A stretch of DNA of 47,736 nucleotides from a candidate division WOR-3 bacterium (GTDB lineage: Bacteria; Hydrothermota; Tepidihabitantia; SM23-42; JAOAFX01), in the NCBI GenBank assembly GCA_037444665.1, contig JBBILZ010000011.1:1-47736 (forward strand), written 5' to 3'. The notes below the pieces were generated by a model. It did no database searches. It saw only the letters and a program-made list of their open reading frames with translations, and had not been told where the DNA came from. How positions within the stretch are numbered: position 1 is the stretch's first letter; every line of letters starts with the position of its first letter. The position numbers were made by a program, and so were the translations under genes. This document shows, in pieces, positions 27,925-38,346 of the stretch.

Positions 27925-29622
27925 ATGTCCAGATGGATCAGTAAGCATAAAGGCGAAATCGGCGAAGATTTAATTGTTCGCGGTAAGAAGATTCCTGCAA
28001 TCATTGTGCAAATTTTGAAAGATCGTAGTTATCAATCAAAAGAAGCGATTGAATCTTTTTTTGCCCCAACAATAAGCAATCTTTATGACCCATTTTTGAT
28101 TCCGAATATGGAAAAAGCCGTGAAGCGCCTTGCCCTTGCAATTGAAAAAAAAGAGCGGATTCTCATTCATGGTGACTATGATACAGATGGTATAACAGGT
28201 ATTGCCCTGTTGTATCGGAATCTGAAACAATTTGGTTTGCAGGTTGACTACTACATTCCCAATCGGATGATTGAAGGATATGGTGTATCAAGTGCAGGCA
28301 TTGATTATGCCGTAGAAAAGGGGTGTTCTTTGATGATTACAGTGGATTGCGGGATTACATCGTTTGAAGAATTGCAGTATGCCCAATCAAAAAATATTGA
28401 TGTGATTGTCTGTGACCATCATGCACCAAAATCTGAGATTCCTTTTGCCTGTGCACTGCTCAATCCTAAATTACCAGAGAGTAATTATCCATTCAAAGAG
28501 CTTGCGGGAGTAGGAGTGGCATTCAAATTTTTACAGGCACTTTACCGTTTTCAAAAATTTGATGAGAATAGATTATTTTCTGACCTTGACCTTGTTGCCC
28601 TGGGCAGTGTGGTGGATGTGGTGCCACTGATTGATGAAAATCGTTATCTTGTGAAATTGGGTTTAAAAAAGATAAATGAGACTAAAAAAATTGGCATTCG
28701 TGCATTAAAAAAGGCAGCAGATTTGAAAGGAGAAATAACTGCATATCATCTGGGTTTTATAATTGGTCCCAGAATCAATGCCTGTGGCAGATTACGGGAT
28801 GCAAAGATTGCGGTAGAGATGTTGCTTACTGATGATTTTGATCAGGCATTCAATTATGCCCAGGAACTTTCTAATGATAATCAGCTGAGGCAGGAGATAG
28901 AAGACAAAATTTTAGAAGAGGCGATTGAGAAGATAGAGAATGAGGGGATAAAAGATGACCGGGTGATTATTGTGGGAAAGCAAGATTGGCATGAAGGCGT
29001 TATCGGCATTGTTGCCTCAAGGATTGTAGAAGAGTATGCACGGCCAGCAATCGTGCTTTCCCTGAAACAAGAGCATGCCCGGGGTTCAGCCCGTTCAGTC
29101 ACTGGATTTGACATTACTGCAGCATTGAATTTTTGTGCTGATGATTTGATAAAATTTGGTGGGCATAGACAGGCAGCAGGTCTGGAGATAGCAAATACCA
29201 ATATCAAAAAGTTTCGGGAAAAGATAAATCAATACGCCCGGGAATTTGATGAGGATATCTTTACCAGAAGATTCTATTATGATATGAAGCTTGATTTAAA
29301 AGAGATTACCGAAGAGGTTGTTTATTTTCTAAAATATTTTGAACCAACAGGTATGGAGAATCCTCAGCCGGTATTTTTAGGAGAAGGTTTTGAGGTGGTG
29401 GGTGTGCCAATTGTAGTGGGTAAAGAGCATCTCAAATTTGCGGTTCGCAAAGATAGAGTTGCATTCCCGGCCATTGCTTTTTATCAGGCAAATAAAATAT
29501 TACAACTTGAGCCGGGAAAGACAAAAATTGATTGTCTGTATACAATTTACGAAGATTCGCTGGTTGGTAAAAAGAAGGTTGTTCTGCGTATCAAGGAATT
29601 AAAAAATGTGGAAGTTAATTGA
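27925..29622 (+). CDS. recJ: Single-stranded-DNA exonuclease RecJ
   Basis: GDYDTDG, EGYG, ITVDCG, DHH, PRINACGR, RGSARS, FGGH.QAAG. Confidence 0.95.
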   Translation: MSRWISKHKGEIGEDLIVRGKKIPAIIVQILKDRSYQSKEAIESFFAPTISNLYDPFLIPNMEKAVKRLALAIEKKERILIHGDYDTDGITGIALLYRNLKQFGLQVDYYIPNRMIEGYGVSSAGIDYAVEKGCSLMITVDCGITSFEELQYAQSKNIDVIVCDHHAPKSEIPFACALLNPKLPESNYPFKELAGVGVAFKFLQALYRFQKFDENRLFSDLDLVALGSVVDVVPLIDENRYLVKLGLKKINETKKIGIRALKKAADLKGEITAYHLGFIIGPRINACGRLRDAKIAVEMLLTDDFDQAFNYAQELSNDNQLRQEIEDKILEEAIEKIENEGIKDDRVIIVGKQDWHEGVIGIVASRIVEEYARPAIVLSLKQEHARGSARSVTGFDITAALNFCADDLIKFGGHRQAAGLEIANTNIKKFREKINQYAREFDEDIFTRRFYYDMKLDLKEITEEVVYFLKYFEPTGMENPQPVFLGEGFEVVGVPIVVGKEHLKFAVRKDRVAFPAIAFYQANKILQLEPGKTKIDCLYTIYEDSLVGKKKVVLRIKELKNVEVN

Positions 29623-30217
29623 AGAACCTGATGTAAAATACTTTCAATTTATTTTTGAAAATAAAATGTTTCTATATTCAACAAAAGTTGGAACAGAAAA
29701 ATTTCTTGAGAGATTTGCTCCGGTAATGCTCAAACAGATTCATTCTGATATTATCATTGATATTGATAAAGAGCAGGGCAGGGTTGGTGATGGATTGATT
29801 AGTTCGGGTAGTTCTATCGGTGTTAAGGTTGCAGATTGTTTACCTGTTTATCTGTTTAATGGCCAGAACATCGCAATTCTCCATTGCGGCTGGCGTTCTA
29901 TTATCAACGGAATTGTAACCAATGCAAAGCATATCTTAAAAAATTATCAATATTGCCTGGGTGCAGCAATTGGACCCTGTTGTTATGAAGTTAAGTCTGA
30001 TGTGGCATCGCTATTTTCCCGGAAATATTCCGGCGCAATTAGTGAACGAGGGCAGAGAATCTATCTTGATTTAAAAAAGGCAGTTGTCCAGGAACTCGGC
30101 ATAGAGAGATGCCTTGCAAATTTAGATTATTGTACCCTATGCAATGAAGAGTATTTTTATTCGCACCGGCGCGGAGATAAAAAAAGGAATTATGCAGTTT
30201 TAAGATTTCTTCGTTGA
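29606..30217 (+). CDS. YfiH/PgeF (laccase-domain, purine nucleoside phosphorylase-like) protein
   Basis: QIHS, VADCLPV, HCGWR, IGPCCYEV, CT.C...FYSHR. Confidence 0.85.
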   Translation: MWKLIEEPDVKYFQFIFENKMFLYSTKVGTEKFLERFAPVMLKQIHSDIIIDIDKEQGRVGDGLISSGSSIGVKVADCLPVYLFNGQNIAILHCGWRSIINGIVTNAKHILKNYQYCLGAAIGPCCYEVKSDVASLFSRKYSGAISERGQRIYLDLKKAVVQELGIERCLANLDYCTLCNEEYFYSHRRGDKKRNYAVLRFLR

Positions 30218-30223
30218 TTTATC

Positions 30224-30251
30224 TTGACTTAAATAGACTATTCAATATAAT
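30224..30251 (+). promoter_or_regulatory. sigma70-type promoter TTGACT-N16-TATAAT (leaderless)
   Basis: ATG 30257 is 5 nt after the -10 box. Confidence 0.7.
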
Positions 30252-30256
30252 AGGTT

Positions 30257-30661
30257 ATGGATTATATAAGATATGCGTATATTGCCCTATTGGGCTGGGG
30301 ACTATGGGCAATTGGGAGTAAAATTTTGAGTAGACATTTAAATACCATCAGTATAACCTTTTGGATATCACTTTGGTCTTTAATCTTTTTGGTTTTGTTT
30401 ATTATAATTTTTAAACACAATCTTCAGTATAATCATCACTCTCTATATGCGTTACCAGTCGGTTTTGTTTCACTTATTGCAGTCCTTGCATTCTATCGGG
30501 CACTGACCACTGGACCCGCATCTGTGGTCATTCCCCTGACAAACCTATATGTGCTCTTCCCGGTAATCTATGGGTTTGCCATTCTTAAAGAACCGATTAC
30601 ATTGAATCATCTGTTAGGGATTCTATTCGCCCTGGTCGCCAGTATTCTCCTTTCAAAATGA
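30257..30661 (+). CDS. EamA/DMT family transporter (single domain)
   Basis: About 5 TM helices; FYRAL..GPASVVIPL; LKEPIT. Confidence 0.8.
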   Translation: MDYIRYAYIALLGWGLWAIGSKILSRHLNTISITFWISLWSLIFLVLFIIIFKHNLQYNHHSLYALPVGFVSLIAVLAFYRALTTGPASVVIPLTNLYVLFPVIYGFAILKEPITLNHLLGILFALVASILLSK

Positions 30662-31803
30662 GAATTGTAATCTACGAAGATAAGCCCGAACAGTTCTTTC
30701 CTCTTATCAATTTTTTCCCCCAATTCAATTTGCGTATCGGTATGAAGACAATTGCTGAACATACTGCTTTTTACTTTTCTAAGTTCAAATTTGATTTTAT
30801 TGGTCGCGAAATATTCAATTTTAATCTTTCATTAAAAAATGAACCCACAATGTATCTTTCCGCACGATTGCTTTTGAAAGAACGTATCCATTTACCCTAT
30901 GAGGAAACAAAATTTATGGTTGATGATTATGAGGCAGGATTTTTAAAGGTGAATCCACCATTTCCCCGAAATATGCATGACATTGCTTCAGCACTGAAGG
31001 GTATAAAAAAAATAAAGAAAATTTCCGGGAAGATTATATACTATCCCTGGGATATAATCAAATATAATGGCGAGATGATTTTAGAGCATTTCCAGGAACA
31101 CAGAAAACCTGCACGGATTCCCCGCACCATAGAATTTTCAGGTCCCAGAAGATCGCTATTTATTGCCCGCGATGCAACGATTCATAAATTTGTTTTTTTT
31201 GACTGCCAGAGCGCACCAATTTTCATTGACAAAAAGGTTGAGATAAAGCCATTTACAACAATCGTTGGTCCTTCTTATATCGGTGAAGGAACAATATTAG
31301 ATAGGGCAAAGGTAATAAGATCAACAATTGGCCCTTATTGTCGTATTGGTGGTGAAGTTGAAGAGTGTGTATTCCAGGGATTTTCCAATAAATACCATGA
31401 AGGATTTATGGGCCATTCATTTATTGGAGAATGGGTTAATATAGGTTCCCTGACCACCAATTCAGATTTAAAGAATAATTATTCTAATGTGCGCATAAAG
31501 ATTGATAATACAGAATATGATTCAGGGATGATAAAACTTGGTTGCTTTATTGGCGACCACACAAAATTGGGTATTGGAACATTAATTCCAACGGGTGCGG
31601 TTATTGGTAGTTTTGTCAATTTTTTTGGTGGTGGGATGATGCCCAAGTTTGTGCCTTCATTCAAATGGATTGGTCCAGATATGGAAAAGGATTATGAGCT
31701 GGAAAAGGCGATAAAAATGGCACGCGCAGTGCTGGCACGCCGGGGTATTATCCTTTCGTTAGAATACGAAAAACTCATTAGGTTAAATTACAAGAATAGA
31801 TGA
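30658..31803 (+). CDS. GlmU-like putative sugar nucleotidyltransferase with left-handed beta-helix
   Basis: LRIG, IGGEVE, NKYHEGFMGHS.IGEWVN.G..TTNSDLKNNY, GDHTK. Confidence 0.8.
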   Translation: MRIVIYEDKPEQFFPLINFFPQFNLRIGMKTIAEHTAFYFSKFKFDFIGREIFNFNLSLKNEPTMYLSARLLLKERIHLPYEETKFMVDDYEAGFLKVNPPFPRNMHDIASALKGIKKIKKISGKIIYYPWDIIKYNGEMILEHFQEHRKPARIPRTIEFSGPRRSLFIARDATIHKFVFFDCQSAPIFIDKKVEIKPFTTIVGPSYIGEGTILDRAKVIRSTIGPYCRIGGEVEECVFQGFSNKYHEGFMGHSFIGEWVNIGSLTTNSDLKNNYSNVRIKIDNTEYDSGMIKLGCFIGDHTKLGIGTLIPTGAVIGSFVNFFGGGMMPKFVPSFKWIGPDMEKDYELEKAIKMARAVLARRGIILSLEYEKLIRLNYKNR

Positions 31804-32723
31804 AATATACGATTGGTGTTGATATAGGTGGCACCAATATTAAGGCAGGATTGGTTTGTGATGGAAAGGTTGTCAAAAAGATAACCATTCGGACAAGGGC
31901 AGAGCATGGTCCTCAAGCCTGTATTAACCAGATAAAATCTGCAGTGCAATACTTTATTGACCGGGCATCAGGCATTGGTATTGGTATTGCTGGCATCATT
32001 GATTCAAAGAATGGTGTGGTGAGGTATTCACCGAATCTGATTGGATGGAAGGACATAAAACTCGCCAGGATATTGCGTCAAGCATTTAAAAAACCAGTAA
32101 AAATTATCAATGATGTTAATGCAATTCTGCTGGGCGAATGGCTCTATGGTGCAGGTAAGGGTTATAGAAATATCTTTCTCTTTACATTAGGAACAGGCAT
32201 TGGTGGTGCAGCAGTTTGTGAAGGAAGATTGCTTTTTGGTGCAAATGGTTTTGCTGGCGAATTCGGACATACGGTTATAAATTTTAATGGACCAGAATGT
32301 CTGTGTGGAAATTTTGGTTGCCTGGAGCGTTATGGAGGAGCACGATATATTGTTGAACTTGCACGAAAAAAAATCAAAAGTTCAACGAGCCGGTTAAAAA
32401 AATATCGCGTGCTTAATCCTAAATTGATTGCTGATGAGGCTAAGAAAGGGGACCGGGTTGCCCAGGAGATCTTTAAAGAGGTTGGTTACTACATTGGTAT
32501 TGGTATCAGTAATATCATTAATCTTTTTGACCCGGAGATTGTGATTGTGTCGGGAGGGATTGCCCGTGCAGGAAAGATTCTCTTTGCACCAATGAGAAAG
32601 ACCGTGGCACAGCGAATCCTTGGTCCGGAATATCGTAGAATAAAGATCATCCCTGCAAAACTCGGTGACAATGGAGGAATACTGGGTTCTGCACATTTTG
32701 TCAGAGCCCGAAATTTTTCTTGA
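31800..32723 (+). CDS. ROK family sugar kinase (glucokinase-like)
   Basis: GVDIGGT, NDVNA, TLGTGIGG, GEFGH, C.CGN.GCLE. Confidence 0.9.
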   Translation: MKYTIGVDIGGTNIKAGLVCDGKVVKKITIRTRAEHGPQACINQIKSAVQYFIDRASGIGIGIAGIIDSKNGVVRYSPNLIGWKDIKLARILRQAFKKPVKIINDVNAILLGEWLYGAGKGYRNIFLFTLGTGIGGAAVCEGRLLFGANGFAGEFGHTVINFNGPECLCGNFGCLERYGGARYIVELARKKIKSSTSRLKKYRVLNPKLIADEAKKGDRVAQEIFKEVGYYIGIGISNIINLFDPEIVIVSGGIARAGKILFAPMRKTVAQRILGPEYRRIKIIPAKLGDNGGILGSAHFVRARNFS

Positions 32724-32747
32724 CAGATGGGAAATTTTATATATAAT
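32720..32747 (+). promoter_or_regulatory. sigma70-type promoter TTGACA-N16-TATAAT for the envelope operon
   Basis: Exact consensus overlapping the ROK stop codon. Confidence 0.7.
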
Positions 32748-32833
32748 GGCAGTATAAAAATGATAATGCCGAAATCCAATAGACTTAAATCTTTAATCTT
32801 TTTGTTGCATTTATCCCAACATAGGAGGAGCTC

Positions 32834-34486
32834 TTGATATATTTTTTGAGTTTATTAATGATAGGTCAACTTGACCATTTTGGTTTTGATGTCATCACTT
32901 CACCTAAAACCGCAGGTGTAGGATTTCAGATTACGGTCTATGCGCTAAATAGTTCAGGCCAACCAATTCCTTATAATGGTTCTGCACACATATATGTTCC
33001 CAATATTTCCTATCCTGTGAGCCCGGATACGATTGTCTATTTTAATGGTAATAGTTCCTGGCAGGGTAGTATAATGGTATCCATTGCCAGTGATAATATT
33101 GTATTGAGGTGTGAAGGTAGTGGTGCATCAGGAACATCAAATCAATTCCAGGTCGTGCCGAATTCTCCTTATCGCGTTATCTCAATATTGCCGGGTCAGA
33201 CATATGCACCGGGAAACCAGAGTGGAAGAATTGGCAATCCCACGAGCCAGGAGGCAGGTTATTTTTTCAATGCATCTATCTATCTTACAGACCAATGGTG
33301 CAATAGAATAAACTCGGCAAATGATTCTATACGCATTAGCACTTCAGATGGATTCAGCCCGACAATGGATATACGCTTAAGCAATGGAAATGCCAGTATT
33401 AGTTATGCATTCAGGACTGCGGAAAACCAACGTTTTTATATAAGTGATATAACAAATTCAGGCATTAAACCTGATACTTCAAGTAGTATCTATATTTATC
33501 CAGGCGCATACTCTAAATTGCTCGTGTTACTTCCTGGTGAAACACACCTTGCTGGTGATACCATGACCAATACCACGAACACACCAGGAAAGTCTGGTGC
33601 ACCAATAGACCAGTATGTGCTTGAAGATTTTCAAATCACGGTCTATGCCACAGATTCAATGTGGAATAAGACCAATGTCTCAGGTTATTCAATACAGGTA
33701 TCAGGTTCTTCAGGATTTTCCAATCCACCAGCACAGAATCTTTCTAATGGTGTTGCCACATTCAATGCAAATTTTTCAACGAGTGGTGAAAAATTTTTGT
33801 ATGCCCGTGATTTAAATAATAATTATAATAGTTATGACAATTTTTTAAGGGTTGTTGCCCGGGCAAATAATTTTGATATTACCGTTGACCCGGATACAAT
33901 CTCTCCGGGTGAGATTGCCTATATCACAATTACGGCCTATGACCGTAATAATGAACCAATTGCAGGTAAATGGGTCTATTTTTCAGTCATTGGTGGAAAT
34001 GGATATATTATTCCTCAATATGATACAGTTCAAACAAACTTCCAGGGTGTGTGCCAGTCTCAATTTACTGCCACGAGCGGTTATTTCAATGAACTTGATT
34101 CAATTATGGTAAGTGCTGATAACTATGCAGAAACAACAACGGTCTATGTGATTATCCCGGATTCTTCAGTTATGGAGGGCAATATTATTGCCTATCCAAA
34201 TCCCTTTGGCAGGGTCAATCAAGCATACACACGTTTTGTTTATTATCTGCAACAGAATTGTAATGTTATTTTTGCTATTTATGATGCCTTTGGCAATTGT
34301 GTCCGGCATGAAGAGATAAGTGCCGGGCAAAATGGCGCAAGAATTGGAATAAATAATCTGACCTGGGATGGAACCAATGACAAGGGTCATAGAGTTGCAA
34401 GCGGTGTCTATTATGTATTATTAAAAGGTTATATCCATACCAATGTGTTCTTAGAAAAACATATCAGGGTAGGTGTAATATGGTAA
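32834..34486 (+). CDS. Exported Ig-like repeat protein with T9SS-CTD/FlgD-like C-terminal domain
   Basis: SD AGGAGGAG plus TTG start; repeats LPGQ/ET...G.P..Q...F..(S/T)(I/V)Y.TD..N; Big_1-like segment; C-terminus AYPNPF...IYDAFGNCVR...WDGTNDKG..VASGVY. Confidence 0.75.
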   Translation: MIYFLSLLMIGQLDHFGFDVITSPKTAGVGFQITVYALNSSGQPIPYNGSAHIYVPNISYPVSPDTIVYFNGNSSWQGSIMVSIASDNIVLRCEGSGASGTSNQFQVVPNSPYRVISILPGQTYAPGNQSGRIGNPTSQEAGYFFNASIYLTDQWCNRINSANDSIRISTSDGFSPTMDIRLSNGNASISYAFRTAENQRFYISDITNSGIKPDTSSSIYIYPGAYSKLLVLLPGETHLAGDTMTNTTNTPGKSGAPIDQYVLEDFQITVYATDSMWNKTNVSGYSIQVSGSSGFSNPPAQNLSNGVATFNANFSTSGEKFLYARDLNNNYNSYDNFLRVVARANNFDITVDPDTISPGEIAYITITAYDRNNEPIAGKWVYFSVIGGNGYIIPQYDTVQTNFQGVCQSQFTATSGYFNELDSIMVSADNYAETTTVYVIIPDSSVMEGNIIAYPNPFGRVNQAYTRFVYYLQQNCNVIFAIYDAFGNCVRHEEISAGQNGARIGINNLTWDGTNDKGHRVASGVYYVLLKGYIHTNVFLEKHIRVGVIW

Positions 34487-35799
34487 AACAAATCCCAAAT
34501 CCCAAAACCCAAAACCCCAAATTACGCACAATTTTTTCCTTTTTACTACTTATTACTTACTACCTACTACCTACTGTTTTATACAGCCAGGATGGTGGTC
34601 TTCCTGGTGCGGTTTTCAATTATGGAATGAGTCCGAGAACTACTGCCTTAGGCAAGGCATTTACCGGACTTGCAGACGACGCTGAGGCAATCTATTACAA
34701 TCCTGCTGGTCTTGCTCAGTTGTATTCTCATAATATAAAATCGTCTTATCTTGACCTTTATGGGCATCAGCTCGGTTATCTTGGATATGCCCTGCCCACA
34801 AGGCGGTTTGGAACATTTGGCGCAAATGTTATACATTTCCGCTCCAAGGGCATTGATTCAAGGGATGAGAATATGAATCCCTATGGCACATACTATTTTG
34901 CCCAGAGTTGTTTACTTTTATCTTATGCCTATCTTACTGGCGATGTTCTGAGTATGGGAACAAATCTGAAATTTATCACGAGTAAGATTGCTCAGTATGG
35001 CAGTGTGGGTATTGGTGGTGACCTGGGAATTTTCCTTTTTCCAAGACATAATTATACATTGGGTGTATCAGTCCAAAACATTTTGGGACCAAAACTGCAA
35101 TATCTGGATGGTGGAGCGACCGATGAATTTCCTGTTACATTCAGATTTGGTGGAGCAATAAAATTGTATCAGGGAAGGGCAATCATTGTTGCTGACCTGG
35201 TGAAAAACATTCTTGATTATTCAGGGGTCAAACCGCATCTCGGTTTTGAATTTGTACCAATCTATCCAATATTGATTCTCCGTGCAGGGTTTGATGAGAA
35301 CACATTAAATGCGGGGCTCGGTGTGAGGAGATTTTTTGGTAATATGTCATTGGGCGTAGATTATGCCATAGAACTACACCATAAATCAAATTATCTATTG
35401 CCGTATCGTCATAAGGTCGGTATATTTATTGAATTTGGTGGATTCCGAACCTGGGTCACTTCAACGCCTAAGGAATTTTCACCGGCACCCGGCAGAAAAG
35501 AGAATGTTGCATGGCTTGACCTGCATTATACAACAAAACGGGAAGTGGAACGCTGGCAATTACTGATAAAAAATAGTTATGGCGAGGTCGTGAGAACATA
35601 CTCAGGCTGGGATGACCCACCACTACGGCTCTCCTGGGATGGACTTGATGATGTGGGCAGGCTCGTTGCTGATGGTCGGTATTACTATGAAATTATTATT
35701 ATTGATAAAGGTAAAGAGAGAATATCATTCAGCGATTTTCTGGTAAGGATTGTTACGCTCGGTCCACAGGGTGAAATTCAATTTGTGCCCCAGGAGTAA
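34480..35799 (+). CDS. PorV/PorQ-family outer-membrane barrel fused to a C-terminal FlgD-like domain
   Basis: GMSPRTTALGKAFTGLADDAEAIYYNPAGLA (PorV/FadL-like N-terminal motif); C-terminus FSP...WQLLIKNSYGEVVR...WDGLDDVGRLVADGRY. Confidence 0.78.
   Translation: MVKQIPNPKTQNPKLRTIFSFLLLITYYLLPTVLYSQDGGLPGAVFNYGMSPRTTALGKAFTGLADDAEAIYYNPAGLAQLYSHNIKSSYLDLYGHQLGYLGYALPTRRFGTFGANVIHFRSKGIDSRDENMNPYGTYYFAQSCLLLSYAYLTGDVLSMGTNLKFITSKIAQYGSVGIGGDLGIFLFPRHNYTLGVSVQNILGPKLQYLDGGATDEFPVTFRFGGAIKLYQGRAIIVADLVKNILDYSGVKPHLGFEFVPIYPILILRAGFDENTLNAGLGVRRFFGNMSLGVDYAIELHHKSNYLLPYRHKVGIFIEFGGFRTWVTSTPKEFSPAPGRKENVAWLDLHYTTKREVERWQLLIKNSYGEVVRTYSGWDDPPLRLSWDGLDDVGRLVADGRYYYEIIIIDKGKERISFSDFLVRIVTLGPQGEIQFVPQE
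34491..34577 (+). repeat. Two degenerate heptamer arrays inside the PorV-like signal-peptide coding region
   Basis: AATCCCA AATCCCA AAACCCA AAACCCC (34491-34518); TTACTAC TTATTAC TTACTAC CTACTAC CTACTGT (34543-34577). Confidence 0.8.
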
Positions 35800-35801
35800 T
35801 T

Positions 35802-38276
35802 ATGCTGCTTTTGATTACACTCATTTCCCTTACTGATTATAATCAACTGGTCACTGATTATGAGATTGCCCATAGACTATTTCTGCAGGAGAATTATGCT
35901 GATGCCCTAAAATATTTTAATGTTATTCTGAAAAAATACGGTGGTACTGAATTTGAGGACGAGATTAGGTTCCGTGTGGCAGAATGTTATTTTAATATAA
36001 AGGACTATGACCATGCAAAAGAGCATTTTGAGACGATTTTGAGAAGAAAAAATCTTGCCTATCTTGAACCAGAATGTCTTTATGCGATTGGAATGATTGA
36101 TATCTTACAGGGCAATTTTAAAGAAGCAGAGCAGGTTTTACAGAGATTGCTAAAAAATCCCGCTTATCAGGAAGAAGACCGTGCAAATTTTGCCCTGGGT
36201 GTGCTTTATTATTTTCGTGGTAGTTATGTTGAGGCAAAGGAAAAACTTGAGGGATTAACACTGCTTGAGGCAAAATTTTATTATGGTAAGGCGCTATCCC
36301 GTTTAGGCAATCCCCTTGAATCAATAAAGGCATTCAAAGAAATTCTTGACCAATCACCCAATACGCCGATTGCGGTGCTTGCTGAATTTTCAAGGGCTGA
36401 GGCATTGTTCTTTAATAATGATTTTGATGGCGCAAAGGTCAAATTCCGCGATTTTATTGCCAATTATCCCAAATCACCTCTGATTGATTATGCCCATTTC
36501 TTTTATGCGGCATCCTTGATCCATTACGGAGATTTTGCCGGTGCAGCAGAGCATCTTCTGCCGTTGACGCGCCATTCTGATAATCTTCTTGCTGCCCATG
36601 CCGGATACTTTCTCGGTATCTGCCGGATGAATCTCAATGATGGGCTTGGTGCAGTGAGTGCATTCCAGAGGGTGCGCGCAAATTATCCAAACACAATGAT
36701 ATCTTCTTATGCGAACCTGCAACTGACCAAGGCACTACTCGCTTATGGTGATACGCTCCAGGCATTGACATCATCATCCCAGCTGTCAACGATGTTTGCC
36801 AGTGGTGAACTTGCCAGTGTGGGCGAATATCTTACGGGAATGATCTATTTTCAAAAGAAAGATTATCTCAATGCCATCAAGTTTTTTGAATCACTATTAT
36901 CAAGGTATCCTAACTCTGCTTTGCGCGAACCAGGTGCTACAATGCTTTTGTATGCATTATACAATTTAAAAAATTTTGATTATGCAGTGACCTTTGGGAG
37001 TAAATATATAAAAGACTTTCCTGAAGAAAAGAGTGAATGGCGAGGACGTACACTCTATTTCCTGGCTGAGGCATATTATTACCAGAATAACTTTAGTGAA
37101 GCAGAAAAAACATTTTTAAAGGTCACCAAGGATTATTTTGGTCTTGAAGTATCGCCTTATGCACGGCTCGGTCTGGCTTATGCTTTATATAATCAGGACC
37201 GACCAAAGGAAGCAGAGGATATTTTTGCGGGTATGAGCAGGGTGCCTTATGAAGATTCAACATTGCTAATGGCAATTTACCTTGGCCTTGGATATGCCCA
37301 GTTTAATCAGCAAAATTATATGAAGGCGCGGGAAACATTTGAGGTATTGTATAATACCTTTCCCAAAGATGAGCGGTGTGCTGTTCCTACCCTTTTTTAT
37401 GCCGGAATGTCATACTACAATTTAGAATATTATGCAAATGCGATTGAATCCTGGGAAAAATTAATCAGTAATTTTCCGATGGCAAGGAAGTCGGCAGAGG
37501 CTGGATTCCGTGCGGGCGATACATATTTCAAGGCACTGGAATATGAAAAGGCAAGGAGTCTATTCCGCTGGGTCGTGGAAAACCATCCCAATGACGATTA
37601 TGCACGTTCATCACAACTGGCAATTGCCCAGAGTTATTACAACCAGAAAAACTATGATGAGGCAATAAGAGAATTTCAGAAATTCCTTGACCTGTTTCCT
37701 ACTGCAACTGAGGCAGTTGCCGCAAGAAAAGGAATGGAGATGTGCTATTACCAGAAAGGGCTTGAATCCACTGAGGCAATGCAATATTTTGTAGAGCGGT
37801 TTCCCCAGAGCGAGCTTGCCGCAGATGGTCAATATCAGATTGCCCAAAAATATTTTGATGACAAAAAATACAGTCAGGCAATGGATGAATTTATCAAGGT
37901 GGTGGTTAATTTTCCCGGGTCTTCCTATTCGCCGGATGCCCTGCTCCTTGCTGCGGAATGTGGAGTAAATATAGAAGACTGGCAAAAGGCAGTAGAACTT
38001 TATGAAAGGTATCTCAGCTATTTTCCCAAGGGGAAGGAAAAAGATGCAGTCTATTTTAATTTAGGTTCTTCGTATTTTAATTTAAAAGAATATGGTAAGG
38101 CATTAAAAAACTTTCAGGCAGTTGTGGATTCTTTCCCTTCGTCTCAATATCTTGCCAATGCCCGACATAATGTTGATGTTTGTAAAAAGTATCTTGGAGA
38201 GCCAGGTTCTACAGAAGTAGAGGTTGAAAGACCGAATGCCGAAGTGGTTCAGGATACTTTGAAAGGGAAGAAATGA
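35802..38276 (+). CDS. Large exported tetratricopeptide-repeat protein (BamD/CpoB-like repeats)
   Basis: Many helical repeats of the type Y..A...F...Y..A...F..(I/V)...(Y/F)P.S; short hydrophobic N-terminus. Confidence 0.85.
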   Translation: MLLLITLISLTDYNQLVTDYEIAHRLFLQENYADALKYFNVILKKYGGTEFEDEIRFRVAECYFNIKDYDHAKEHFETILRRKNLAYLEPECLYAIGMIDILQGNFKEAEQVLQRLLKNPAYQEEDRANFALGVLYYFRGSYVEAKEKLEGLTLLEAKFYYGKALSRLGNPLESIKAFKEILDQSPNTPIAVLAEFSRAEALFFNNDFDGAKVKFRDFIANYPKSPLIDYAHFFYAASLIHYGDFAGAAEHLLPLTRHSDNLLAAHAGYFLGICRMNLNDGLGAVSAFQRVRANYPNTMISSYANLQLTKALLAYGDTLQALTSSSQLSTMFASGELASVGEYLTGMIYFQKKDYLNAIKFFESLLSRYPNSALREPGATMLLYALYNLKNFDYAVTFGSKYIKDFPEEKSEWRGRTLYFLAEAYYYQNNFSEAEKTFLKVTKDYFGLEVSPYARLGLAYALYNQDRPKEAEDIFAGMSRVPYEDSTLLMAIYLGLGYAQFNQQNYMKARETFEVLYNTFPKDERCAVPTLFYAGMSYYNLEYYANAIESWEKLISNFPMARKSAEAGFRAGDTYFKALEYEKARSLFRWVVENHPNDDYARSSQLAIAQSYYNQKNYDEAIREFQKFLDLFPTATEAVAARKGMEMCYYQKGLESTEAMQYFVERFPQSELAADGQYQIAQKYFDDKKYSQAMDEFIKVVVNFPGSSYSPDALLLAAECGVNIEDWQKAVELYERYLSYFPKGKEKDAVYFNLGSSYFNLKEYGKALKNFQAVVDSFPSSQYLANARHNVDVCKKYLGEPGSTEVEVERPNAEVVQDTLKGKK

Positions 38277-38346
38277 ACCAAAAATTTTGTATTATTATTT
38301 GTAGGCATCAAATGATTTTAGGGAACAATCTAAAGGAGGTTAAAAA

